The position numbers and the translations under genes are program-made. A model generated the notes under the pieces. It searched no databases. It was not told where the DNA came from and was given only the letters and a program-made list of their open reading frames with translations. 64,000 bases of DNA from Octopus bimaculoides (taxonomy: Eukaryota), in contig NC_068984.1 of NCBI RefSeq assembly GCF_001194135.2, positions 19,204,881-19,268,880 of the forward strand, given 5' to 3'. This document shows positions 11,412 through 24,706 of this stretch, piece by piece; the stretch's first letter is position 1; each line of letters begins with the position of its first letter.

Positions 11412-12806
11412 CTAGTAAAAGAGAAAAATAGTAAGATCTAAAATCCAAAGAAAGTGGCAGTGATCTATACTGGCAAAAGCTAATCAATTAAAGTGCATTG
11501 ATTGAAAAAAAAATTACAATGATTGATTAGCAGTGATGAACAAAAAATTCCCTTTTTTAGAAACTTGTTCTTCTAGAAAAGAAGAATTATATACAAACCA
11601 ATATAGAGACCAATGAAGCACTTGTTAAGAAGCAGCAGCTCTCTTAGCTTCCCTCTCTATTTTCATTCAAAAGAAGGACAAGTGTCTGAAAAGTTGAATT
11701 TTTCACACCTCATGGCAAATCATTCATTGGATATTTTCTTTTATTTTTTAATCAATGAATATTTATGGCAACAGAGGAAATTTAGTCAAGTTTTAAAGAA
11801 AGAATCAATTTCTAGGAACTAAATGCCTTGTGATATCTAGTTACATTCTTTTAGGTTTCGATTTCAAATCAGGCCAGGGTTGTTTTCATTTTTATCATTC
11901 CAGGACACGTAAATACTTAGTTGACTCAATCAACTTTGTGCCCCAACCTACTTCATCATCATCATCATCATCATTATCATCAGGACATTACTATGACAAG
12001 TCCTAGGACTCCTAGGGCTACTTACTCAGTTTTTATGATGTATAAATGACTGAGATCACAACATCGCCCCTGGACAGGATGCCAGTCTGTTTCAGAGTTA
12101 CTCATCTACTATTGAATGGACTAGTGCAATGTGAAATGAAGTTGTTTTGCTCAAGTATACAATGCACTGCCTGGTCCAGGAATCGAAACAATGATCGTAC
12201 AGTCACGAGTGAAACACCCTAACCACTAGGCTAGGGTGCCTTCACTACCCTGAATTTCCAACTGTTACAATGTATTTGAGTTTATGTGGAAATATTTAGG
12301 TAGATTGAGAACAGGATTAGGCATAAAAGTGCACAGGCATAGCTACATGATGAGATGGTCAGCAACACTTTGCAATATCTTTTATCTTTTACTTGTTTAA
12401 GTGATTTGACAGTGGCCATGCTGGGGCACTGCCTTGAAGCCTTTTTAGTTGAATTTTAAGCCTAGTGCTTATTATATTGAACTCTTTTGCTGAACCACTA
12501 AGAAGTATGTAAAGTATGTCAAGCAGTGAGGGAGGGGACAAACACATGCATATGTATATATATATATCATCATCATCGTTTAATGTCTGTTTTCCATGCT
12601 GGCGAGGCTTTGGTCAGCCTGAGGCTATGGTAAAAGACACTTGCCTAGGGTGCCACACAGTGGGACTGAACCCAGAACGATGTGGTCAGGACACAAACTT
12701 CTTACCACACAGCCAAACCATTTAAGAGTGGTTTACACTCTAGTGGTGATTCAAAACTGAACTGCTAAGTAGTTGGTCAGACATTATCATCAAACCACAG
12801 TAGTTT

Positions 12807-12895
12807 CACATGATTGATATATCAGGCAACCAATCAGCATCAAGCCATCACATGATTCAATTGTCTAGAATCTTCTCCTTGTGCCCTATAAAAAG
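12807..12895 (+). promoter_or_regulatory. Candidate Pol II promoter, antisense to nesprin
   Basis: AACCAATCAG (12828-12837) lies between two TCACATGA E-boxes, TATAAAAAG is at 12887, and a strong donor AG|GTAAGC is at 13055/13056. Motif evidence only. Confidence 0.35.
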
Positions 12896-13208
12896 GTAGC
12901 TTTTGGCAGTAATTGCAAAATTTTGAAGCATCTGCACATTGAGTCTCCATTCTTGCCACATCCAGCCAGTTAAGATAGATGGTCAATAGGAGACAAGAAT
13001 TTTCATAACCAAGAAAATATAGTGCAATTACTTTCCAGTTATGATTGCTGTATAGGTAAGCATGTTGTAAACTCCAAGTAGTATGTCTCTCCCAGTATGT
13101 AATTATTGCGAAAGACCAACACAGTTAAAACTCTATGTGCAATAATAAAATCTTCAGTTAATTCTAATGACTTGTAGGTACATGGTATTTTGTTATGTGA
13201 CCATAATC

Positions 13209-13241
<33 letters not shown>

Positions 13242-15118
13242 TAAAGTCAGGTTGTGTGTGTGTGTGTGTGTGCATAAACCCACATAACTTCTGAAGTTCA
13301 CAACTGATTTTCTCCAAACTGGAAACGTACATTACCTATGTTCCAGAGATGGTTTCAGACTCTTAAAACTTTTCACATAAAGAGTAACAGGCCCTCTGGG
13401 AGCAGAAAATACCCTTTCCTGGGTTATGTGGAGAAGGGAGATAACTCTTTGTGAAGTAACTTTCAGAAGTTGATTGTCTCCTTTACATCCAGCACCATTA
13501 ATCTGCTAAACGTTTTTCATCTTTTTAAAATATTGATATTAATTAATGTTTTTATTGACATTTAATTATTAACATAACAGTGTCATCTCAGTTCATTATA
13601 TGTATTTCTTAAAATTCGCTAAGCTATTGATATTATTTGCTTTTTCTTTACTGACATTTCATAATTAACGTACAATTGTCATCTTCCAATGAACGCATGA
13701 CATGTCACTTAGTTGAATTAGCCCATCATTTATTCCACAAATGTTTTGTTGTCAACGCTGCACTTCTCTGTATCACATGTTTCAACATAACTGTAATATA
13801 TATACAGGCTATGCTATTTCAATCCTGAGCAATGCTGAGCATCTCTGCTAGTATACTATAAAGTATATCAAATGTTTAATATACTTTATAGTATCAGTTT
13901 CCATCTACCAAATCCACATATGTATATAAATATATATTATTGTGATAGCAAGAGTCCATCCATAAGCTCTGTTGCCATCATTGAAATGTACACTCAGCAT
14001 AATTGTGTACTGACTTCTTATTTGTATTATGGTCTTCTTATATCTATACTGGTCATATTTCATATATACATGTGTATGTACATATGTGTGTGTGAATATA
14101 TATATATATATANNNNNNNNNNNNNNNNNNNNNNNNNNNNNNNNNNNNNNNNNNNNNNNNNNNNNNNNNNNNNNNNNNNNNNNNNNNNNNNNNNNNNNNN
14201 NNNNNNNNNNNNNNNNNNNNNNNNNNNNNNNNNNNNNNNNNNNNNNNNNNNNNNNNNNNNNNNNNNNNNNNNNNNNNNNNNNNNNNNNNNNNNNNNNNNN
14301 NNNNNNNNNNTATGGCAGAAAAGTCATGACAGCCATTATTTAAAACATTTTATTGATAGTATTTGTTGCTTCAAATGGCTCTCATAATTTTTTTGCAACA
14401 TAATTATGTACACACGCACACACACTCACATGCCATCAATAACTTTGGAAGAAGCAAAATATTAAAAAAAGGAATTACTAAAAAGTGTATATAGCTGCAT
14501 CTATATAGAATTTATTTTTAGACAATTAAAATGAATATTAATAACATTTTAAGTAACCTTTGCATAAAAATATTATCAATATTACATACTTAATATATGT
14601 GTGCTGTTTAAATGCCAGAAGCTGTTTTTTTTTTTTTTTTTTTTTTTTTTTTGTCTGGTAAAAATTCCTCTAAAGATGCATTGTGTTAAGAAACAATGTC
14701 CTTCAGAGTTAGGCAAAACGAAATTGCCTGACAAGTGATCACAAGAGTGACAAATACGTATCTCATAATTGTTACAACTTCTCGGTGTCCTTTATTTGTG
14801 TCACTTCTGAAACAAAATCAAATCTGTTCATTTGAAAAATGACAGAGAATATATAAATGATCTGTTGCTTTTTGGATCACTTCTGGGTCAATTTTGTTTC
14901 ACCTAGCTCTGAAGTATATTGTGTTTTTCTTTAACATTATATATCTTTAAAGGGATTTTCCCAGGATGGAAAAAAACAGCTTCTGGAGTTTAAACATATA
15001 TATGTTAAGTATATTGTGTTGTTATTGTTTTATTATAGAGTGGCTTCTATTGCATAATTTGAGTTTAACCTATGTATGTCCGAACAGAATCAAAATGTAA
15101 CAGAAAAGTTATAATTAC

Positions 15119-15319
15119 TATATCCTTTTCAACGTTCATTTTCTCACACATTGCATGCAGTCGTTCCATAACAAAGTCATGATAGGTCTGGAACTCGTCA
15201 ACTTCTTTCTGCAAATGAGTTTTACCGCTGACCTCCTCAACCATTTCTAGCAGTTGATCAGTTATATCTCCAAACCGCTGGAATTTGTTGTTCTTCATGT
15301 TCTCTTCATGTTTAATTTC
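15119..15319 (-). CDS. SYNE1: Nesprin-1-like exon, last spectrin helix before the adaptive domain
   Basis: Acceptor ttacttctag|GAA, phase 0. Encodes EIKHEENMKNNKFQRFGDITDQLLEM..FVMERLHAMCEKMNVEKDI. Donor ATA|GTAATT was chosen because it fits the phase of the next exon; an upstream T|GTGAGA donor is an alternative. Confidence 0.8.
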
Positions 15320-17885
15320 CTAGAAGTAATGATATTATTTGATAAGTATTTAGTAATTGAGGTAACAAGCAAAAAAAAAAAAAGAAAACAGTAATCAAAA
15401 CTAAAGAACTAATATGAGATAGTCACCATATTAACAACACTAGTGTTGTAGTTACACTAATTTCTCCCACTTCCATTAATATCTTACACTATCTTGCAGT
15501 ATTCACCGACTCAGATTCATTCACCTGAGGCAATTGCAGATAACTGAGACGAAAATCAGTTTAATATCATATTAGCAGGAATCCATTAGCTTCTAAATTA
15601 CTCAATTGATTAAAAAGTTATTTTCAGCTAAGAAGCACAAGTGCAGCTAGCTGGAAGATGCATACAAGCATATGCAGACTGACTTTGCATGTCACTTTTG
15701 ATAAATGCTACATGAGTAATAAATTAAATGTGACAATCAATTTGTACTAAAGATAGCAGCTCCCATCAGTCAGGCAATGGAGCATCAGTTCTGTACAGGA
15801 AATCTAATTCACAGATATTACATATACATACACATACACATGCCCCACTCACATATGCATGCAAACATAATGCATGTACTACTCACTCATACATACATGT
15901 ATGCAATCACAAACACACATAACCAACTGTACACTCTTAAATGCCAGTTCTTTGTCAGTAAATACCAGTTCTTTTGCGGATTAAACACTTGAACTTTCAC
16001 AAACCTGTTATATGTTTAATCACCTAAAACCTTGTCAAGTTGAAAACTGATGTTTGAATGACATAAAATGTGGGAAGTGTGTGTGAGGGTGGTATTTAAT
16101 TATGCCTGTATTTAAATGCTAGGATGGAAGATGTTCTAATAATAAAAGAATTTTGACCCTATAACACCATTTTATTTTATTTTTTGTATTGTAGGTTGAG
16201 ATTTAAAATGAATTGAAAAAATATAAATAACATTAAATAATAATTCTTTGAACTGAAATTGAAAATGATTATGTTAACAATGATTTATTCAGAAAAAAAA
16301 AATGTTAGAGATGTATATATATATATATATATATATATGAAAGCTTTGGGCAGGTCAATGCTTGAAAACTTTGAATGCTAATCGAAGTACAAAAGATGTT
16401 GGCAACAAATAAAACATAAATAAATAAAATATGTGAAATAGAAAGAATAATTTTTCTCAAGATTAAAAGTAACACACATATGATGACCAGATTAGTGAAA
16501 GTGATGTCCAGATTAATCACTTAGAATTGTAATTTTTTGATATTTTGAAGAAGTATAAATAATTGGAGAGTTAATGTATTAACTCCTAGCTGAAATGTAT
16601 TTTCAAGTAAAATAAAGCATTTTACTCTTTGAGTCTCAGTTCATTTAGTTGTGGGAACTTCAAACAAGATCTGGGAACATCCATAGGCTTCATGTTTAAT
16701 GCAAAATGCCTAAGGGTAAAAAAGTTTCTAGTGAAAATCCAGTTTTCCAAAATCTCTTGTATTTATACAACTACTAAAAGATATTTTTCACACAGACATT
16801 TTCTAGCACACATTGTGATAACAGAGATTTGAACTTTGTGTAAAATGTGTAAAATAAAATTCTTTCTTGAAAACAGGTAATAGTTAGCAACATGAAGAGT
16901 ATCCAGCTGCAAAACAGTGTCTCAATAATATTCTCATCTAACCTATGCTAACATGAATAAAACAGACATAAAAGTGAACAAATATATACATATGCATGTT
17001 ACATATACACTATATCTAAATATTTAAAAGAATTAAAAATTTCATTAACATTTTATTTCAAACTATGCTTATGGAGCCACGCTTCACTCCTGTTAACAAT
17101 GACACAATAATATTTTTCATTTTCTGTCAATATATTTCTGAATTGTTTTGTCTGTGAATAGCATCAAAATGAAATTATAACAAATTAAAAACTGGAAAAC
17201 CTTTTAAAAAGAAAAAACATTTAGAAAATATGGGAAAATTCTACTCAAAAAATATTGGATTTGCAAGAGCAAGTCAATACAAACTGCCGAGAAAAGATGA
17301 TTGCTAACGGAAGTATTTTTTTAAAGCAAAATTATATTGATCTTAAAACTGACTCAAAGTGCTCTTCATCCTAATAATTTTGTGATATGTTATTCATTTC
17401 AAAGAAACCTCTCTGAAATTTACTGTCATTATACATACATACATATGCGCACATGCACACAACACACACACACAGATTTCTAAAACATGAATGTGAATAT
17501 GTGAATCATGGATAATATTATGTTGTAGTAGTTTGTCTTTCTTCCATTGTTAGCAGTAGTTTCCATTCAGTCTTTCTACCTCCTGTTATCATTTTCATTT
17601 CTTAACTGTGATTATATTCTTTTATTTTTTTTTTACTTATTGCAGTCATTGGACTGAAAAGTGCTTTGCATTAATGCCAGTGCCTGGACCATAACAGTGA
17701 TCAGTTTGAAAACAGGCATTCATAAAAAGAAATTAAATTTTATCAGTAGATTCGATTACATTTTGAAAACGAACTGTATTTTAATAAATACTGATTTTAT
17801 AATTGTTCAATGCATATATACATTTTTGCGGGGACATATTGCATGTGTATTTAGACTTTTATTCATTGTATAATGTCACATATGT

Positions 17886-18278
17886 GGAGGTGCAATGGCC
17901 CAGTGGTTAGGGCAGTGGACTCGCAGTCATAGGATTGCAGTTTCGATTCCTAGACTGGGCGTTGTGAGTGTTTATTGAGCGAAAATACCTAAAGCTCCAC
18001 AAGGCTCCGGCAGGGGATGGTGGCGAACCCTGCTGTACTCTTTCACCACAACTTTCTCTCACTCTTACTTCCTGCTTCTGTTGTGCCTGTAATTCAAAGG
18101 GTCAGCCTTGTCACACTGTGTCACGCTGAATATCCCCGAGAACTACGTTAAGGGTACACGTGTCTGTGGAGTGCTCAGCCACTTGCACATTAAATTCACG
18201 AGCAGGTTCCGTTGATCGGATCAACTGGAACCCTCGATGTCGTAAGTGACGGAGTGCCAACAACAACAACAACAACAA
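17886..18278 (+). mobile_element. tRNA-derived SINE with (CAA)n tail
   Basis: A box tggcccagtgg, B box gtttcgattcc, family body and simple-repeat tail. Confidence 0.85.
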
Positions 18279-19154
18279 AATGTCACATGTATAAGACATT
18301 TTCGCAGCTCACTTGAACATAGTCTGTTTATTACATTCACGTTGTATATGCAGAGCATCTTATTCTGTAAATACTTGACCTTCAGACCTGACATATGTGT
18401 ATACCATATTATCACATTTTTATAGACCGAGACAGAAAAAAGAAGCCTGCATACAAAGGGAAAATAAACCCACTTGCTTGCAAGTGAATCTTCACTTCCA
18501 TTTAAATTTGAAACCATCTGCCAACAAAGTCTGTAATGGTCCTCATTACAATGATAAAATCTAGTTTAAACATAAAGATCAAAACAGTAATAATTTGATA
18601 TATAAACATGTATGTATAGAATTAAACATTCATTATTGCTCTTAATACAGATGTAAACTCTCCACCCAGGTTCATGTGCACTTGTAATTCACCTCTGGTA
18701 CTAAAATGTTTCTGCACAACCAAATTTTCCACAAACCACACCCTACTGACTAAAACAAAGGAATATTGACTAGAGTAGTCTTGAAACACTGAAAGAGAAG
18801 AAAAAAAATGACTGCCAGTCGTGAATGGAACACCTTTGATCTTATTTCTGCTCATTCATGGCTAACTTGTGTCTAAGCAGCAGCAACAACAACAGCAGCA
18901 GTAGCAACAACAACAACAATATTGAAAGAGAAGTCCTTTTGTCTAAGAATGCTAATCATCACAATTTTAAAATATCACCTAGGTAACAGAGCTTATCTGC
19001 TGCTTTAAGAAATCATCACAGCAATCCATATTAAATGACTTTACAATTGAACTATAGCAGCAAACACCTGGTTTTTATAAAATATGGCTATTGAGATGAG
19101 ATTAGAATGTCTGTGATTGATAACAAAATAGAAAATTTATAGAAAATAACTTAC

Positions 19155-19469
19155 AGAAAGGCACTTAATATTGTTAGCGACATCTTCAGATTTTTCAACT
19201 TGGATTAATTTTGCATCAACATCTTTCAGCCACTTCATTAGTTCATCATATAAGAAATGGTATTCATCCCATTTCCCTGCAGATGTTTTCATATTACCCA
19301 TATCGCACAGCACTCGTTTAGATAGGTTGTCCCATCTCTCATTACATTCCCATGTTTTGTTTTTGATGTCATTGTTGCTGTCCACATAACCTTCCTTCAC
19401 AAGAAATTTGTATTGCTTATTAATAGCTTCAAGGTCGACATGGTGTTTATTAATATCTTGTTGAATACT
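19155..19469 (-). CDS. SYNE1: Nesprin-1-like exon, 105 codons
   Basis: Acceptor tattcttcag|AGT, donor TCT|GTAAGT, phase 0-0. Encodes SIQQDINKHHVDLEAINKQYKFLVKE..NERWDNLSKRV..NNIKCLS. Confidence 0.94.
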
Positions 19470-20580
19470 CTGAAGAATATACAAAAAAAAAAAAAAAAAT
19501 GGATTGAATTGAAACAATTCTTCTTTTATTCTTTCACTTGTTTCAGTCATTTGACTGCGACCATGCTGGAGTACAGAAAAATCTTTTTTATTAGAATTAA
19601 GTACAGTAGTCTGAAAATAAAGTAGTGTGAAGCATATTAAGTTGGTTGCTGTTTATCTTAAACTTTCATTCAACTATTAGGTAGCAATGCTGATTCTGTC
19701 TAAGAATTACATCAAAGGTGTACATGCCTGCGGAATACTCAATCACTTATATGTTAATTTACTGAGCAGGAAATTTAGTTGATTGAACAACTCAATCCTC
19801 ATGACTGGCACTGATAGAGATTCGACCATTGTATATCCATTATATAGCCAACTTGATAAATTAAACAATGCTTGGTTACTGAGACATTTAATGGAAGAAT
19901 ATAGGGGTGTTTTCCAATGGCTGTCTTCTGTACTTTAAAGGTTTAAAAGTTTAAACAAGGATCAAACTTTAATGTGTGAACCACTGAATTCCTCACCAAT
20001 AATCTACTTCCTTTTAATAAGTGAAAACATTTTCTAGGTATGGTAAGTAATTCTGAAGAAATAGATCAGTGTAAAGCATGGATTGAAGACAAAAACTTAT
20101 CACAACTTTGTATGAACATAGCTAAATTAAATGTATCTAACATGCAGTGATTCAAAGTTAATTTGCTTTATTTTTATACTGAAAAATAAAAACTGACAAT
20201 TTAAAGATGAAATCACATAGTGGAGATAATGGTCTGATAAAGAAACAACATAAATCATATTTAATGTATGTTTTATATTTGTCTGTGGTGGTGGTCTGGT
20301 GGTATCATAAATGTTTAGACTGTATCAATACTAATAAGTAATTCACAATCATAAAACATCTAAATTGCCATAGGAGTTGTTGAACAAAAAAATGATAAGA
20401 AAACGATGAACCAAACTAAGTTGAAAAATAATTTTAAAAGATTTTGGTTTGATATAGAACATATATAAAAGACAGAAAAGAAAAGCTTAATATAAACAGC
20501 CTTACATATAATCCTGATCAACATATAATTCTTACAAGGTGTGGGTGTCAGGAAGAAATCAAAAAGTAGTCTTTACATAC

Positions 20581-20725
20581 CTCAATTTCTTCATATATAC
20601 TTTCTTTCTCTGATATCTGGGAGTCGCTATATTCTGCAAGATCATTTTCAATACTTCCAAGCCAGTTTGAGAAACTATTGTAATCTCGGAGAAATATCTT
20701 CCAAAGTCTCCATGTTTCTTCAATG
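20581..20725 (-). CDS. SYNE1: Nesprin-1-like exon
   Basis: Acceptor ttattttag|C, donor GAG|GTATGT, phase 2-0. Encodes IEETWRLWKIFLRDYNSFSNWL..IYEEIE, matching nesprin IEETWRLWQKFLDDY (recall). Confidence 0.95.
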
Positions 20726-21694
20726 CTAAAATAAAATAACAAACAAGAACATGTGAACGAAAGCAAGAGCTGACTAGAAGAGATAAAAGTTATACGAGAA
20801 AAAAAAAAAAAAAAGGTAATATAATGCATTTTTATCAAATAACAAAATTTAGATATTTTTCAACTATTTTCTTCATTTCCTTTATACAAAAATAAAAACG
20901 TTGACTTATACTTTATGCTAAAAGAGTTCTTGAACAAATGAATTATCTGGAGGTTTTTCTTTTATTAATTCTTTCTATTAACATATTCACTCAATTTCTC
21001 ATCAACTATACCTATAGCTTACATATTAACTGTAGCTGTGACAATCACCAAACACTCTACACTAATACGCATAAAATGTTAGGATGATTCTTCTTATTTA
21101 CATTTCATACTATCTGTATAGAAGATATTCTGTTTAATCTTTACAAAATTAAAGCAAGATAATCCAATACATTAATTCAGATAGTGAAAATAAAAGAAGG
21201 CCATTTGTCTGACAAGTAAACACACCCTCACTAAGTAACATGCTTTAACCACTACCTCATAGACAGACAATCTCCTCTTTGTACTTCTATCATTACTGCA
21301 ACAACCTCTATTTGTCTGAACTATCCTAGCTACCTTCTCATCTCATTTAGGCCAGCCATATAACTCATTTCTCTTTCTCCTCTTGTCATTCTTATGGTTT
21401 CCACCCCATCTCACAGATTTTGCACTAAACATTTTCCCTAGCACTTCCTTCCCAGAATTCCAACCTTCTGGTATCTTCTTCTTGTTCACATTTTTGTTTT
21501 TCTTGCAAATATTGGTCAGGTGATGTTCAAATTGAATATCAATGGCATTTGGTCTCATGGCAGTGTGAGTGTGACCTGTAGTTGTCACAGACAATACTTC
21601 CATCTCACTGGAGTGTCAGTCTGATCTAAAGACATCAAAAACACTACTGTTCTTCCTCTAATGAATTTAGAAAACAAATGAAAGGTGAACTCAC

Positions 21695-21882
21695 CATGCA
21701 TGTCTTTCAGGTAATAGAAGACAGATAGTTTTCCATCGCTTGTCAAGAGTATTCTTGGCTTCGTTGAGAGCATTATATTCGGCTTCAGTTCGGCAGGCAT
21801 CCGTATCATGTAAAAGAACTTCACAAAGATTATGTACCGAAGCAATACCATTGCTGTAACGTTCTGTCTGTCTCTGCAAGCA
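21695..21882 (-). CDS. SYNE1: Nesprin-1-like exon, highly diagnostic segment
   Basis: Acceptor acacag|TGC, donor TG|GTGAGT, phase 0-2. Encodes CLQRQTERYSNGIASVHNLCEVLLHDTDACRTEAE..LDKRWKTIC, close to the nesprin-1 signature GVASVLNLCEVLLHDCDAC..LDRRWRNIC (recall). Confidence 0.95.
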
Positions 21883-21960
21883 CTGTGTTCAAAGGAAAAA
21901 ATAAAATGATACAGAAATTAACAAACTACATTTCTGATCTTTCGCTCTGTAATATTAGAC

Positions 21961-22286
21961 CAGTGGTTCTCGACCAAGGTCCATATGGCCCTTGTTGGCC
22001 TGCATTAGATTCCATTGCCAAAATTTATGTGCAACAAATTGGTTGCATGTCTGCAATACACAAAATATTTTCACAATTCTTTTTTATACAATTAATAATA
22101 TGGTAATTCTAAAAATATAATTGGATTTCTTAAACATCGAATGGTTATGAGGGTCCACCTGAGTAAAATAGGAATCAAAAGGGGGTTTAGGGTTAAGGGT
22201 TAGGGTTACACCAAAAACAGGTGGTGTACATATTCTTTACCTCCACTCAAAAGGGTCCATTGGTAAAAAATGGTTGAGAACCATTG
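21961..22286. mobile_element. hAT-type MITE
   Basis: 15-bp TIRs cagtggttctcgacc / ggttgagaaccattg and an imperfect 8-bp TSD tattagac / tattataa. Confidence 0.7.
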
Positions 22287-22717
22287 TATTATAAGAATGT
22301 AGCAGTCTGAGAGTTGGACATGTTTGCTTGCTTCAGAGTATAGAACCAGGATATTTTCAGTATAGCTCAGAAGACAATGTTTATACTGAGAACCATTGAT
22401 TGACTCATTGGCCCACTCTTACAGTTCAAATGTTCATGAAGGTTATTCCTTATATGTGTATTCTTTACATTGTCATCATTGTCGTCATCGTCATCATCAT
22501 CATCATCACCACCACCACCACCATCACTAAACACATTTTCATGTTTGTATGGGTTAGATTGACTTTGTTGAGGTATATTTTCTATGGTTGGATGTTCTTC
22601 CTGATGCCAACCCTTATCTATTTCTTAGCAAGCTAATATTTTCCCATGGCATGTTTTTTCCATTGAAGACTGGAATCAAACAACAATGTGATGGTGATGC
22701 TCACTCAGAGCCGGCAT

Positions 22718-22754
<37 letters not shown>

Positions 22755-24706
22755 AACACACACATCCAACAGGCTTTTTTCAGTTTCTATCTATCAAACC
22801 CACCCACAAGACTTTTGTTGGCTTGGGACTGTAGTAAGAAACTTTTGCCCAAGTTACTACATAGTGGAATTGGTAAAAAAAAAAACCCTGTAATATTCAA
22901 AGTTCAACAAAACTAAATCCCTTCTCCAGTATTTCCAAAGCTTTTCTATTAGTTTATTTAATAAACAAAGGAGCACAACCACCTTAATAAATCCTAAATA
23001 CTATTGCTACAACAGATTCTGTTCCTTGGGGCTGCTGGTCCTGTAACCTCCTCCTGTCAGGCATTCCTGACCCACTTGGCTTTTTAACTGCTTATCCCCC
23101 TTGTTCTGTCCAATCTTCCTGTCCTCCCAGGAATTTCACTAACCACTTTGCATAGTCCTTCCTCAGAATCTTCTCTCTGGTCATGTCTTTTTTGCAGGTG
23201 TTGATTTGCGACAGCTTAAACCCTTAGCATTTAAACTGGTCCTATGTAGCCTAAATATTCTGTTTGATATTGAAACTGGTTACATCCAACCTGTCATACC
23301 TGCCCTATAATGTCTTCTAAAAGAAATCAATTACATCACCAAATTATCAAAGCTACAAGATAATGCAGAAATGATTCAACACAATGTAAGTAAATAACCA
23401 TTACATTTGACAGAGTAATCTGAATAGTATATATTAAAAGAGTCAAGAAAAAGAAAAAAGATAAAAAGAAAAGAATATTTAGTATGGTGTAGTCATGATG
23501 GATATGCAGTTAATAAGTTTGCTTCACAAATACGTGGCTTCAGGGGTTAATGGATCAATCTTTGCGAAAGTATCTTTCTTCTATGATAACCTTGGGAGTG
23601 AAATTTAATTGACAGAGACTGTATGAAAAATCATTGGAAGAACTAATCTTGGGTGGATTTAACCTGGTTCCTGTCTAAACACTCATATTCTATTGACTAA
23701 ATTTCCTTCGAGCCCAAATGTCTCATAAATTCTCTTTCATATTTCTGAGTTACAACCGCAGGATGAAAAAAAGTCCAAAAAAACATCACCTCAAAAGCAA
23801 GCCTAAATTATATGCAGCAAATACAACATAGATTTATTCTTTCATTTTATGCAGATGTCAAATAAAGAATAATTTGGGGCTCTTATTATTCCAGTCAAAT
23901 ATTTTACAAATAGAACTCTGATCAAAATATCTGGAATTTCGTTATTCACAATGACAGATATTTTCACACACAAAGCGGTACATATTTTCCAGTGAAATTA
24001 TCGGAGGCAAATAGAATCAAGTTTATTGTTCATAATGCAATGAGTGGAATGGAATACAAGCAGTACAAACTCATAAACCAATGTATATTGCAATGGAATA
24101 TTTAATCCAAACCAATATATCAAGCTTTTGTCTTTGAAAATCACAGGCTGACAGTTGCTTCACGTGGGAAATTGTAACTTGTGTATAGATAATAAATATA
24201 TGAAAAAGGTGATAATATAAATATATAGGAATGTATGCATGTATGAAAGTGTACACACACAATCACATCTTTTGTCATATGCATGGCTTTGCAGTTAATA
24301 ATTTCATTTTACAACTACACGCTTGTGAGGTTTGATCCTACAGCATGGCACCTCAGACATATATATCTGAAATAGAATAGCCTTAAGTTAGTCAATGGAT
24401 TGTGAATAGAAATGGCAGACAGTAGATAACTTGTGTATGTGTGTGTGCATAAAAAAGGATGATGATGATGGTGTATGTGTGTGTATCTGTGCTCTATGTG
24501 CATGTCTATGTTTTTGCGAGTTCGTATTTTCCCTAATCTTCATGTGTATTTGTTGACTGTAAACAAAAGGTTCATTCAGATGGTGTCATTCGTTTCCAGT
24601 TCACCATTGTATCCATATTTGTTGTATGATAGACAGGACAGGGGTATATTACCTTGCTTGGGAACAGGAGAGGGTTGGTGATGACAGAAAGGTAATCCAC
24701 CCACAG

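Larger units (their letters stand above)
6600..11420. repeat. Local tandem duplication, units of about 1.1-1.6 kb carrying the small exons
   Basis: 7560-8330 and 9070-9900 align over about 750 nt. Homologous pieces lie at 6640-6760, 7160-7300 and 11020-11320. Confidence 0.85.
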
